IMG/VR virus record: IMGVR_UViG_3300031788_000007 | Coordinates: 14,983-78,982 of that record | DNA length: 64,000 nt | Origin: a virus | Reading direction: 5' to 3' (one strand) | Shown here: in pieces, positions 9,276 through 18,355 of the stretch | Layout of the letters: the number at the start of each line of letters is the position of its first letter | How positions within the stretch are numbered: position 1 is the first letter of the stretch | The notes under the pieces: generated by a model | What the model saw: the letters and a program-made list of their open reading frames with translations, nothing else | Databases searched by the model: none | What the model was told of the DNA's origin: nothing | Translations under genes and position numbers: made by a program

Positions 9276-9482
9276 ATGCCGTGGGGCAGCAAGGACGCCA
9301 AGAGGCACACAAAGAAGGCGAAGTTGCCTAAACATAAGCGGCAGTGGGCTCATGTGGCCGACTCGGTTCTTGAGAGGACAGGGGATGAAGGTGCCGCAGT
9401 ACGGGCGGCAAATGGTGTCGTGAAGAAGTCTGGAAAGAAGCGAAAGTCAAAGCGGTCTAAGGGCCGCACGAAGGGAAGGTAG
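9276..9482 (+). CDS. Small basic protein (ChaB-like RQWAHVADS...AANG core)
   Basis: K/R-rich; motif recognised by eye. Confidence 0.65.
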   Translation: MPWGSKDAKRHTKKAKLPKHKRQWAHVADSVLERTGDEGAAVRAANGVVKKSGKKRKSKRSKGRTKGR

Positions 9483-9484
9483 TC

Positions 9485-9634
9485 ATGGCGAAGCGCGAGA
9501 AGGACGAGAAGCCCTCAGACGAAGCCAGGGAGCACAGCGTTGGTTTCTTGAAGAAGGCGGAGCGGTTGGCGGAGAAGAAGAGCAATCGCGGCAAAAAGCG
9601 CAGCAGTAAGGGTCGCGGAAAGGGGAGGTCGTAA
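9485..9634 (+). CDS. 49-aa basic protein MAKREKDEKPSDEAREHSVGFLKKAER...KGRS
   Basis: Read directly; fills the gap between adjacent genes. Confidence 0.6.
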   Translation: MAKREKDEKPSDEAREHSVGFLKKAERLAEKKSNRGKKRSSKGRGKGRS

Positions 9635-9801
9635 TGGCATCCAGAACCGTCAAGAAGGCGCTTCCCGATCGAGAGGAAGCAAGGACTTGGAAGGGCGGTA
9701 CGGTGAAGCGGGCTCTTCCTGAGCGCGAGACAGCGAAGCCGAAGAAGCAGCGTGGAAAGGTGAAGCGGGCCTTGCCGGTATCGAGAACACGTTCGCGGTA
9801 G
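9634..9801 (+). CDS. 55-aa basic protein with three VK(K/R)ALP repeats
   Basis: GGGGAGG RBS, TAATG overlap; MASRTVKKALP...TVKRALP...KVKRALP. Confidence 0.65.
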   Translation: MASRTVKKALPDREEARTWKGGTVKRALPERETAKPKKQRGKVKRALPVSRTRSR

Positions 9802-9814
9802 TCCAAAATTTGGA
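9802..9814. repeat. Dispersed palindrome copy 3 (TCCAAAATTTGGA)
   Basis: Directly follows TAG 9799-9801; its GGAG overlaps the RBS of 9822. Confidence 0.97.
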
Positions 9815-9821
9815 GTAAGAC

Positions 9822-10802
9822 ATGCCTGTTGTAATCACACAAAATCCGCAGTTCCCATATCAAGTCGGACCAAATGGGACGCAGGCATACGTCCAACAGC
9901 TCGGATTCAGACAAATGATAAATCAGGTCTGCGCTTGGAACCCAGACCTAGACCCGATGTGGGCCGGCCGTTTCATCAACGACGCCTACCGTGAGGTGAT
10001 TGACAGCTACCAATGGTATGCCCTCAAGGTGCGCGGGAACATCAATATCCCCAAGATCACCACGACTGGGACTTGCATCCTCACAACCGGGAGCAACATC
10101 GTTCAAGGCATCGGAACAGCTTGGACAAACTCTCTCATCGGCTTTCAGTTCCGTGGCGGCTTTCAGGGGCCGTGGCGAACAATCAACAATGTCAACGCCA
10201 TCACTCAGCAGTTGACGATCGACACGCCTTACGGTGGCGCCACTCGGACAGGGGGCTACCAATGTCAATGCGTGTACGCAATGCTCGGCGCCAACGTCAA
10301 ATATCTCCTTCACGCGAGGAACCAAAATCAAGGATGGCCGATCGAAGTCAACGGCAACCAGGAAACGATCGACGCCTGGGATGTGTGGAGAGTATCTCTC
10401 GGGTGGACAACGTACTTCGCAACGCTTCCACCGACTCCCGACGGACAATTTCAGATCGAGATGTGGCCGACGCCTTATCAGCCGCAGGTGTTTCCTTTTG
10501 AAGCATACATTCAGCCACCAGACATGATGCTGGACAACGACTCGCCGGTATCCTTCATCCGTGCAGATGTGCTCGTGCGGAGAGCCATTGCCGATGCCAA
10601 GCTCTTTGGCGGCCGGCAGAGCAAATACTACGATCCACTCGTGGCCGGGCAGAAGATGAAAGAGTTCTACTCTACCCTTGAGCAGATGCAGAACGCCTCA
10701 AACATGCTTGACCAACAAGATGTTACCTGGCGGTACGGGGCGGAAGAGGGCCGCGTTGGATTCGGACCCGGTTCAACTTGGGTTCAGTCGCACGACGCCT
10801 AG
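9822..10802 (+). CDS. Head-tail adaptor / tail tubular protein A-like with an inserted beta domain
   Basis: FINDAYREV...W, IEMWPTP motifs; TGSNIVQGIGTAWT insert. Confidence 0.65.
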   Translation: MPVVITQNPQFPYQVGPNGTQAYVQQLGFRQMINQVCAWNPDLDPMWAGRFINDAYREVIDSYQWYALKVRGNINIPKITTTGTCILTTGSNIVQGIGTAWTNSLIGFQFRGGFQGPWRTINNVNAITQQLTIDTPYGGATRTGGYQCQCVYAMLGANVKYLLHARNQNQGWPIEVNGNQETIDAWDVWRVSLGWTTYFATLPPTPDGQFQIEMWPTPYQPQVFPFEAYIQPPDMMLDNDSPVSFIRADVLVRRAIADAKLFGGRQSKYYDPLVAGQKMKEFYSTLEQMQNASNMLDQQDVTWRYGAEEGRVGFGPGSTWVQSHDA

Positions 10803-10859
10803 CAGAATCCAGTGGCACTCATAGCCTCGGGGACGCATAATCATTCTGAGGAGTACAAG

Positions 10860-11264
10860 ATGCCGTTTCAGAAGATGTATTGTGCGGACCCCGGATGCCG
10901 GTGGCACACAGAGAGCAAAGGTGGGGAGTTTGTGTTCTCGGCTGAGAGGGGAGGATTCTACTGCCCCGAGTGCTTTCGAGCCGGGCCTCCAGTAATGAAC
11001 TCAGCGAAGAATTTGTGGGACTTCACCACGACCCACTTCAACGGTGAGAAGATCCACGTTCGGGATGCGGCCCACTTGCAGCGGCTTGAGAAGCAGTTCG
11101 GAGTCTCGAATCAGGCTTTTCACAACGATCATGCACATTGGGATATTTCACCATCCTCGCGGCCGGAGCCGATGAATGCCGAGCTTGCAAGGTTCATAGG
11201 TAAGGCAAGCGAGATGGGGCGGATGGACAAAGGCTCTCGGGTATCAGGCGAGTGGCAGCGGTAG
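10860..11264 (+). CDS. Zinc-ribbon protein (FmdB-like, virion region)
   Basis: CADPGC...CPEC; GAGGAG RBS. Confidence 0.55.
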   Translation: MPFQKMYCADPGCRWHTESKGGEFVFSAERGGFYCPECFRAGPPVMNSAKNLWDFTTTHFNGEKIHVRDAAHLQRLEKQFGVSNQAFHNDHAHWDISPSSRPEPMNAELARFIGKASEMGRMDKGSRVSGEWQR

Positions 11265-11276
11265 GGAAGCGGCCTA

Positions 11277-11600
11277 TTGGCCGAAGGAGACGTAACCGTG
11301 AAACGAAAGACAAGCCAAAGCGCGATCGAAACGCACGATACATCGTCAAGGCAGTTCCCAATGCCGGGGACGGACCTGGGGACCACGAACGCCATACCGT
11401 TCAACGAGGCGTGTGACGTTGACTTTAGCGGCGGCCGGCAGAGCCGGTATTGTCTCGGGCACGGGGACGACAGCAGTAACGAGTCCGTGTTGGTCGAGGA
11501 CCGTAAAGGGATTCTCATTCCGGCGACGAATCCGACAAGGAGTAAGGCGCCGCGGCCGTCATGGGAAACGCCCATGTCTTTCAGTAAGGAGATCGAATAG
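11277..11600 (+). CDS. Hypothetical virion-region protein
   Basis: ORF in operon context. Confidence 0.55.
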   Translation: MAEGDVTVKRKTSQSAIETHDTSSRQFPMPGTDLGTTNAIPFNEACDVDFSGGRQSRYCLGHGDDSSNESVLVEDRKGILIPATNPTRSKAPRPSWETPMSFSKEIE

Positions 11601-11602
11601 CC

Positions 11603-12142
11603 ATGTTCAGAACCTTTGGACTTCAAGCATTGACGGGAGTTTCACAGCCGTTGTTTGGCGACAAGTTGACTGCGGCCATGCCAATCCCACAAGCGGGAGT
11701 GGATGCGATAGCGCAGGTAGCGAACACAGCCATCTACCAAGTTGGCGACAGGATCACTTTTGATCCCTATACGGCGAACCAAGACACGTTGATGGTGAGC
11801 AAGATCCTCACCTCCACGACCATGCAGGTCACATCTCAGGGAGGCGCTCCGCAACATGCTCATGCTTCCAGTGCAGTTATGTGTTTATCAATTTCCGTAG
11901 GGGAGTTGATTATCGAGCCCTTAGATGGAGGGCAAGGACAAGTCTACCTTGGTTCTGATAACACAGTGACGGCTGGCGGCGGCGGAAACACGTTCTATAA
12001 GCTCTTGAAGGTCGCCGCAGGAACGATGCCGAACATCTTCAGGGCAACGAACAGCATAGCCTTCAATCCGGTCAGGACTGATGACATATGGATTGCGGGC
12101 TCGGCGAGCGACTCGTACTACGCTGGGGCTGAGATCATTTAA
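11603..12142 (+). CDS. Virion structural protein
   Basis: AAGGAG RBS; beta-rich composition. Confidence 0.65.
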   Translation: MFRTFGLQALTGVSQPLFGDKLTAAMPIPQAGVDAIAQVANTAIYQVGDRITFDPYTANQDTLMVSKILTSTTMQVTSQGGAPQHAHASSAVMCLSISVGELIIEPLDGGQGQVYLGSDNTVTAGGGGNTFYKLLKVAAGTMPNIFRATNSIAFNPVRTDDIWIAGSASDSYYAGAEII

Positions 12143-12153
12143 GGTGGGTATGA

Positions 12154-12849
12154 ATGGCGACGACGCTGGCGACACTTCTTCCAGACGTACTCGGGAGGAT
12201 AGAAGAAGAAAATCCTCCCGTTTTCTGGAATGAGACTTACGAGGTTCTTCCGGCGCTCGTAGATGCAATGTTCGAGGCCGCGCTGATAACAGGGACCGTG
12301 CAGGCTATCAATGTGCCGGTCACCCTTCCGGCTAACACCACCTTCATCTCCCTCCAGAACAACACAGCCATCGGCATACCAGCGGGCGTGATTGCGGCCC
12401 TGCGGTTAAGGTTGCCGTGGCCGATCAGGAAGACGACACTGAAGGGGTTGAGTGACGTGATACCAGGGTGGGAGAACGAGGCACCGGCGTATCAGTTGAG
12501 GGCGTGGTTTCCTCTCGGGGTGTCCCAGTTTGGAATCTATCCGCAGTTGGCCTACTCACAGATTGCGGTGATGGACTTCATTGTGGCTCCAACCACCGCG
12601 GCCAGGCCGTACACGACGGCGATAGCAGTTCCTTTTCAGGAGGAGTTCTCGTCGGCCTTTCCTGAGTACGCGGCGGTGATGTTAAGGACGAAAGAACTCG
12701 GATTGGAAGCGGAAGCGGCCAGCACCGTCTTGAACGAGTATATGGAGCAGATGAAGGCTCTCTCGATCTTCCAAGGCCGAATCGACAGTTTGGTTATGAC
12801 GAACACTTACGGAGCCCGAGCAGCGGTCAATCGTAGAGAGGTAGTCTAA
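12154..12849 (+). CDS. Adaptor/neck-like protein
   Basis: VLGRIEE..PVFWN, FGIYPQ motifs of phage adaptor families. Confidence 0.6.
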   Translation: MATTLATLLPDVLGRIEEENPPVFWNETYEVLPALVDAMFEAALITGTVQAINVPVTLPANTTFISLQNNTAIGIPAGVIAALRLRLPWPIRKTTLKGLSDVIPGWENEAPAYQLRAWFPLGVSQFGIYPQLAYSQIAVMDFIVAPTTAARPYTTAIAVPFQEEFSSAFPEYAAVMLRTKELGLEAEAASTVLNEYMEQMKALSIFQGRIDSLVMTNTYGARAAVNRREVV

Positions 12850-13727
12850 TGCCCGTGCAAGGTGTTGGCGCCCTCATCGCCAATGACATTTTGACCGATG
12901 TGGCGTTCTGGCTGATCGAGCCGTGCGTAAATACCATCATCCCGGCAGGTGGCATAGGCGCAGGCTCACAGACGGTCAACGTATGGGATGCAAGCCTCTA
13001 CGTAGGCGCCCAAGTGCTTGTAGGGGTGCTTGGAGGCAATTTAGAGGTAGTCACGTTAACAGCCACGGTGCCTGGCGTCTCTTTCACGGCTACCTTCACT
13101 GTTCCGCACATTGCAGGGGAAGCGATCATAGGAGCTACCTTCCCGGTTCAAAACACGGCCGGCGATCCATTCTTTACCCAGGCCGAGATGCTTCAGTACC
13201 TCTCCAACGCCGTCAACGAGTTCCTACTTGCCGTACCGTTGGTTTACAACGTCACCGATGCCATCTCCATGCCGCCAACGCAGCAGTTCACGGCTCTACC
13301 TTCGGACTGTATGCTCCCGGTGCGTATAAGCGCCTTTGGCATCGGTTTGAGGGAGACCTCACAGAGCAATCTCGACGGAGTGGACTACAGGTGGATGATG
13401 GAGACCGGGAATCCTCCCATGGTTTACTACCGGGACAAGATTGGAGTGCAGAACTTCGGGATCTGGCCCGTGCAGGCAAACACTACTCCAGTGGAGATCG
13501 TGTACCAGCAGCGCGGCCAGGAGACGATGGGGCTGGGTGATGGGTTCTTAGTGTCTGATCCGTTCCTTGTCTACGTCAAAGCCCGTGTGCTTGAGTTCGC
13601 TTATTCCAAAGATGGGGAGCAGTCCTCTCCGGCTCTGGCGAGGTTCTGGAACGGCCGCTACGAAGTGGGCTGCAAAATCTCGAAGATATTCCTCGAAGCG
13701 GTTATCGAAGATCCCAATATGCAGTGA
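12849..13727 (+). CDS. Adaptor/neck-like protein with inserted domain
   Basis: FFTQAEMLQYLSNAVNE, GIWPV, AYSKDGE motifs. Confidence 0.6.
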   Translation: MPVQGVGALIANDILTDVAFWLIEPCVNTIIPAGGIGAGSQTVNVWDASLYVGAQVLVGVLGGNLEVVTLTATVPGVSFTATFTVPHIAGEAIIGATFPVQNTAGDPFFTQAEMLQYLSNAVNEFLLAVPLVYNVTDAISMPPTQQFTALPSDCMLPVRISAFGIGLRETSQSNLDGVDYRWMMETGNPPMVYYRDKIGVQNFGIWPVQANTTPVEIVYQQRGQETMGLGDGFLVSDPFLVYVKARVLEFAYSKDGEQSSPALARFWNGRYEVGCKISKIFLEAVIEDPNMQ

Positions 13728-13784
13728 GCAATCTGGAACATCCTTCAGTTTCCTAAAGGGCATCTACTCAACCCGAGGTGCCTT

Positions 13785-13991
13785 ATGCTTTCGCTGCTTA
13801 TAACTATTCTCGTGGTCTGCATCATCTTCGCGTTGATCTGGTGGATTCTCACACAGATTCCCCTGCCACCACCCTTCGCACAGATCGTGCGCGTTGTCGT
13901 GGTCGTGATTTTTTGTATTTGGTTGATCTACATGCTGTTGCCGCTTGCTGGCGGCCTTGGCGGTGGATTGGGGCGTCCGTTGGGGAGATAG
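13785..13991 (+). CDS. Small two-TM membrane protein (holin-like)
   Basis: Two long hydrophobic segments separated by IPLPPPF; GAGG RBS. Confidence 0.7.
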   Translation: MLSLLITILVVCIIFALIWWILTQIPLPPPFAQIVRVVVVVIFCIWLIYMLLPLAGGLGGGLGRPLGR

Positions 13992-13994
13992 GAC

Positions 13995-14007
13995 TCCAAA
14001 ATTTGGA
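13995..14007. repeat. Dispersed palindrome copy 4
   Basis: Between convergent stops; on the - strand it reads TAG-TCCAAATTTTGGA-G directly after the stop of 14008..14223. Confidence 0.97.
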
Positions 14008-14223
14008 CTATTCTCGGAACGGATCAATCCCCCGCTCTCGCAGGAACACCAGATCCTTCTGAGTGAACTCCAGCAGCGGCGACTCGACAATCACAAACAC
14101 ATCTTCGCAGCGAGGGGCTTCAAATATCCTCAAGCCCTCCTGTGGCCGGTGATCCGAGTTGGGGATGGGTCTAAGGTAGTGGCGTATGCTCATGCGCTTG
14201 CTCCAAGGGAAGAGTCTTCTCAT
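14008..14223 (-). CDS. Small hypothetical protein coupled to def
   Basis: TAATG overlap with the def stop. Confidence 0.55.
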   Translation of the reverse strand: MRRLFPWSKRMSIRHYLRPIPNSDHRPQEGLRIFEAPRCEDVFVIVESPLLEFTQKDLVFLRERGIDPFRE

Positions 14224-14705
14224 TACTGCTTTCCTGCGGCTGTGGCGAACTCTTCCAAGCCCGCTCGTACCGAGAACAGAACCCCGTCCAGATGATCGAG
14301 TTCATGCTGAAACACCCTAGCCTCCAAGTTACGGAGGGAGCCCCAGTGTACGTCTCCAGAGAGCGTCTGTGAGACGAAGTGCAGGTAGGTTGCCCTGCGG
14401 ACGTTCAGGAAGAGCCCAGGCATCGAGAGACAGCCCTCCTCATCGACGGCGCTACCCGTTGCGGCCTCAAGTTGCGGGTTGATGAACGCGAGTGGGTTGT
14501 GGGGCTTCTTGCTGTTGCGAACGTCCATGACGAAGATACGCTTCAATTCCCCGATCTGTGGCGCGGCCAGGCCCACGCCGTCGCTGGAATACATTGTCTG
14601 GAAGAGGTCTTCCACCAGGTCGTTGAGTTGTTTATCGAAAGACTTCACAGGCTCGCAGACGGTGGTCAAGCGGTCGTCTGGAAAAATGATTATTGGTCGT
14701 TTCAT
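14223..14705 (-). CDS. def: Peptide deformylase
   Basis: All three motifs: GVGLAAPQIG, EGCLS, QHELDHLDG. Confidence 0.95.
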   Translation of the reverse strand: MKRPIIIFPDDRLTTVCEPVKSFDKQLNDLVEDLFQTMYSSDGVGLAAPQIGELKRIFVMDVRNSKKPHNPLAFINPQLEAATGSAVDEEGCLSMPGLFLNVRRATYLHFVSQTLSGDVHWGSLRNLEARVFQHELDHLDGVLFSVRAGLEEFATAAGKQ

Positions 14706-15199
14706 CCCCATTCCCCCATGCCGAAGAATATAGCACAGCCGGCATTCCTGCCGGATGAGTGCCAGCAAGAGAGGATGATTTGGTTTGCAAGAATGAGACT
14801 TCGAGGCGGGACTGTGCTGCGCGGAATTTCAAGTGGAGCTGGCTGTTGAAGGAATTGTACACCAAACACACCACGGTCCCCGGAGGCAAGCCGGAGGCCG
14901 TGGTGCAGAAGGAGGGAGAATGAACAACCAGCGGAGTATGCGACCCGAACTCCAGTCGCCGTAGATTGAAGAGTACACCGGGTCAAATAAAAATGCAAAC
15001 ACCAAACCCCTCTTTCGAGGGGCTGGGTGCGCTCTTAGCGAAACTGTCGAGGGATCGGAAAAGAGACGGCGGCCGTGGCGACCACACTCATAAGATACAT
15101 GATTTTAGAAAGTAGTTGCAAATTAAATCGCGTTGAATTACTGTGAATTCGTCGAGGTTGATGCGGAAAATTGAGATGCAGGAAAGTGCCTCTCATTCC

Positions 15200-15530
15200 C
15201 CCATTCATTTGTACCCGGCAAGCTGATACGTGGCAGCCAGCTTTATGCTGGCCGGTGGGTTCGCGGCACTCCTTACTCCGAAGAAGCAACGGGCCGCTTT
15301 TGCAGTGAAAGCGTACAGACATAGGCACTGATGACGACACGGGAATGGCGAAACCCAGGCAACGGGCAGGTGGTTGACTCCTGCATACGCGGCTACGCCC
15401 TGGTCCTACGGGATTGGGCGTGAGCCCTTTCGCATACTAAGCCTTCACCCGGTCGTCAAGACGCTTCAGCCACGTAGAGAATAGCGGCCACTTAGGAGCT
15501 TATCCCTAGGGAAGCCGCGCTCTGTCTAAG
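15200..15530 (+). ncRNA. Candidate structured RNA / long leader upstream of the HNH gene
   Basis: No convincing ORF; hairpins GCCAGC/GCTGGC, GCAGG/CCTGC, ACGCCC..cTACGg..GGGCGT, GCGGC/GCCGC. Confidence 0.4.
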
Positions 15531-15547
15531 AGGGAAAGAGAGGGAAG

Positions 15548-16150
15548 ATGGGATTGTCGAAGTCGGTTCGGTTTGAGGTCTTCGCAAGAGATGGGTTCAC
15601 CTGCCAGTATTGCGGCCGGCGGCCTCCAGATGTGGTTTTGGAATGTGACCATATCCACCCTCAGTCGAAGGGCGGCAAGAATGATCTGACGAACCTTATC
15701 ACATCTTGCTTTGACTGCAACCGCGGGAAGTCAGCTAAGGTAATCTCGGAGGTGGCGCCCAGGCCCGACGCTGATCTTGCATTTTTGAAGACACAGCAGG
15801 AGATTGCGGAGGTTCAGAGATTCCTTGAGGCGAAGAAAAGACAGGACGAGTTGAACGATCAACTCTGCGATGCGTTGCGGGACTTGTGGTGCCAATCTCT
15901 CACTCCAAAGAACGAGCCGAGCAACTTTTTACTCCTTCCCTGGATTGCGCAATACGGAGCAGAAGAGATAGCGGAAGCAATCAAAATTGCGACTCTTCCA
16001 TATCTTCGTGGTCAGTTCTACGGATGTGATGAGTTTAGAAAATTGGTGAAGTATATTGGTGCCGTGATGCGCAACCGAAAGAAAGAACCGGAAAAGTGGG
16101 GGGTTGACGTAAGCAAAGACAAGGAACAATCTGAAGTAGGGACCATGTGA
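15548..16150 (+). CDS. HNH endonuclease with helical C-terminal domain
   Basis: RDGFTCQYCG...CDHIHP..KGG...NL...CFDCN. Confidence 0.9.
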   Translation: MGLSKSVRFEVFARDGFTCQYCGRRPPDVVLECDHIHPQSKGGKNDLTNLITSCFDCNRGKSAKVISEVAPRPDADLAFLKTQQEIAEVQRFLEAKKRQDELNDQLCDALRDLWCQSLTPKNEPSNFLLLPWIAQYGAEEIAEAIKIATLPYLRGQFYGCDEFRKLVKYIGAVMRNRKKEPEKWGVDVSKDKEQSEVGTM

Positions 16151-16224
16151 AGCCTAGCGCAGCGGAGAAAAAGCATGGCGTGTTGAATACGCGCAACCAT
16201 AGAGGAAAAGAGGAGGATTGTTCA

Positions 16225-16470
16225 ATGGTGGGAAAAGAGAAAAGATTACCGGAGCATCCAAGAGCAAAGTGCATCCATCACGGCGAGATATTCATAGTCG
16301 TCGCGTGGGATGCTTTCTTTGCGGTCGGGCCGTTGCTTGGGCAGGGGAGCACGGCAGATGAAGCCTGGGAGAGCGCAGGGCGGCCTACGATGGCATCGGT
16401 GATGCCTACTGTTAACGCAGCGGTTCTCAGCGGAGAGCGGTATTTCAGGAAGCATCGGGGAAAGAGGTAG
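16225..16470 (+). CDS. Hypothetical protein
   Basis: GAGGAGG RBS. Confidence 0.5.
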   Translation: MVGKEKRLPEHPRAKCIHHGEIFIVVAWDAFFAVGPLLGQGSTADEAWESAGRPTMASVMPTVNAAVLSGERYFRKHRGKR

Positions 16471-16472
16471 TT

Positions 16473-16904
16473 ATGGCAATCACACTAAACTTCGCCTGCA
16501 ACGATCCCGACAACGGGAACTTTGTAGGCCGCTTCGACCGGATGGACTTAGACGCCGGGGATCTTCACATGGAGTTCGAGGGAAGTGAGACTTCAGTTGA
16601 GTTCGACTTCCCTACTCGTGGCGGCTATGGGAACGTCACGGTCGGAGAGAAGCAGACGACCTCGCTGGCATACAAAGAGTGGTATGGGAATTGGTGCTGG
16701 AATGCGGCGTCTTTTACCTGGGCGGAAGCGTTGGAGATCATCAACTATCTTGGCGCTACAGGTGAGTGGAGCATGACCGAGGGGCCTTGCTCTCTGTTTG
16801 ATGCGTTCAACAAGCGTCACAGGATTACACAGACGGAGTGGAAGACTGAGAACGAAGCGGGGAGGGTAGGCTGTGAAAGTTTGGATACTAGAACGCGACC
16901 ATGA
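16473..16904 (+). CDS. Hypothetical protein
   Basis: 143-aa ORF with GAGG RBS; WYGNWCWN motif. Confidence 0.6.
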   Translation: MAITLNFACNDPDNGNFVGRFDRMDLDAGDLHMEFEGSETSVEFDFPTRGGYGNVTVGEKQTTSLAYKEWYGNWCWNAASFTWAEALEIINYLGATGEWSMTEGPCSLFDAFNKRHRITQTEWKTENEAGRVGCESLDTRTRP

Positions 16905-17058
16905 GCCGATCACGACGCTCCGCGATACCCCTGAAGGCACGGCTGCTGCTAGAAGTATCCTCAACAGCCTTCCAACGGGAGAGGATCACTACTACGACGC
17001 AGTTCTTTACGAGCGCATTGAGCCGGGGCCGCGAGTCCAAAATTTGGAGTCACGATGA
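16873..17058 (+). CDS. Small hypothetical protein
   Basis: GGGAGG RBS, GTG start. Confidence 0.5.
   Translation: MKVWILERDHEPITTLRDTPEGTAAARSILNSLPTGEDHYYDAVLYERIEPGPRVQNLESR
17036..17048. repeat. Dispersed palindrome copy 5
   Basis: Inside the 3' end of 16873..17058 (VQNLES); overlaps the RBS of 17055. Confidence 0.97.
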
Positions 17059-17300
17059 TTACCTGCCGATACTGCGGAGAGAAGATTGTGCCGGATACCC
17101 GCGAGGGTTGGCTGCTCGACATTCACCAGCCGGCGGGGGTGTTTAAGAGGGTCTGGGGCCGCACAGGAGGAATCTTCGGCTGGATGCACGCTCCGAAGAC
17201 CGCGAAGGCCCGCCATTGCGATTACTGGGCCGAGGCTAGACCGAACTGGCGCCGGGCGCTCAGGGGCCGCAGGGAGAGGATAGGGAGGGTTTCAGCATGA
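17055..17300 (+). CDS. Small Cys/His protein
   Basis: CRYCG; ATGA overlaps on both sides. Confidence 0.5.
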   Translation: MITCRYCGEKIVPDTREGWLLDIHQPAGVFKRVWGRTGGIFGWMHAPKTAKARHCDYWAEARPNWRRALRGRRERIGRVSA

Positions 17301-17569
17301 AGATCAAACTAGAACTCGAAGACTTCCGTTTCGCCACGACAAGGGGAGCGACTTTCGGCGATGTCCGCTGGCTACTTGTGGATGTAGGAGGTAAGCCTTT
17401 TTCGGTGTACACCACGATGAGCCCACAGCCATTTCAGTCGCCAGAGAAGAGCGAATACTACGACCGCCTGTTGATCGAGAAGATGGAGTTAATGCTTCGG
17501 ATGGTGTTCGTGGATGCTTGTGCAGCGATACCGCCGGGGACGGCGATACTTGACGAGGAAGTGCGATGA
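17297..17569 (+). CDS. Hypothetical protein
   Basis: ATGA overlap chain. Confidence 0.55.
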   Translation: MKIKLELEDFRFATTRGATFGDVRWLLVDVGGKPFSVYTTMSPQPFQSPEKSEYYDRLLIEKMELMLRMVFVDACAAIPPGTAILDEEVR

Positions 17570-17766
17570 GCGACGAGAGCATCCTTGGACTTCTCCTTCG
17601 GGCGCACAAAGATTGCTGTGCTCAGGCTTATGGGGAAGAGTTTATCCACAAAAACGTCAGCGCTATGTGCTGTTACCAACAGGCGGCACAGAGCATCGAG
17701 TCTGCAATCAAGTCGGTATTCATGGCTCAAGCTCACGTGATTGCCGACAAGAAGCCGAGGGGGTGA
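17566..17766 (+). CDS. Hypothetical protein
   Basis: ATGA overlap, GAGG RBS. Confidence 0.55.
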   Translation: MSDESILGLLLRAHKDCCAQAYGEEFIHKNVSAMCCYQQAAQSIESAIKSVFMAQAHVIADKKPRG

Positions 17767-17768
17767 CA

Positions 17769-18050
17769 ATGAGCAACTGGGTCTATGACAAGTGGATGGA
17801 GCCGAAGGTGGTCAAGACGGAGATACTGCCTCCCGAGACTGCGCAAGAGCGGGCGTACCGCGATCCCATGTACTTCGCAAAGCACTATCTGCTTGGCGAG
17901 TGGCCGGTCAACGATGCCGTCTACAGCCGCGAGGAAGTGGAGAAAATGGTGAATCGGGGAGAGATTTTCCCAGCGCGGGCGGATGAGTTGCTGCGGCTTC
18001 GCTACGAGGTTAAGCGCAAGGGAGAGAAGGTGCAGGTATGCGAAAAGTAA
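17769..18050 (+). CDS. 93-aa protein with terminase-N-terminus-like motif
   Basis: GAGGGG RBS; RAYRDPMYFAKHYLLGEW. Confidence 0.55.
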   Translation: MSNWVYDKWMEPKVVKTEILPPETAQERAYRDPMYFAKHYLLGEWPVNDAVYSREEVEKMVNRGEIFPARADELLRLRYEVKRKGEKVQVCEK

Positions 18051-18295
18051 GGATCACAGCAATGGGGCCTTTGGGTTGGAAGGACACAGAGGACATCTTC
18101 GAGGAGGACGATTTGGTTCTTATCTCGAACGGTCGAGTGAAGCCGGTTCGTCAGTTGCGGGAGGGGGAAGTTCTGGTACGGTTCAACGGCCAGCCGGGGA
18201 CTCCGCAGTGGTGGACGGTGATGAAGATGGAGTGGTTGAGGAGGGATCATCATAGAAGTCATCTTGACAAACCATCTTTGGGGACGGACACTTAA
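18038..18295 (+). CDS. Hypothetical protein
   Basis: Overlapping ORF chain. Confidence 0.5.
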   Translation: MRKVRITAMGPLGWKDTEDIFEEDDLVLISNGRVKPVRQLREGEVLVRFNGQPGTPQWWTVMKMEWLRRDHHRSHLDKPSLGTDT

Positions 18296-18320
18296 ACCAC
18301 GAAACGCGAAGCGCGACCTT

Positions 18321-18346
18321 GGGGGTCTTGATAGACCCCCGATTTT
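18321..18346 (+). terminator. Terminator-like hairpin before the RNA ligase
   Basis: GGGGGTCT-TGAT-AGACCCCC then GATTTTT. Confidence 0.5.
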
Positions 18347-18355
18347 TGGGGGAAG

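Noticed and set aside
18038-18295. Intein/Hint fragment (NGRVKPVRQLREGEVL)
   Set aside because: No N-terminal Cys/Ser block, no TxxH, no terminal HN
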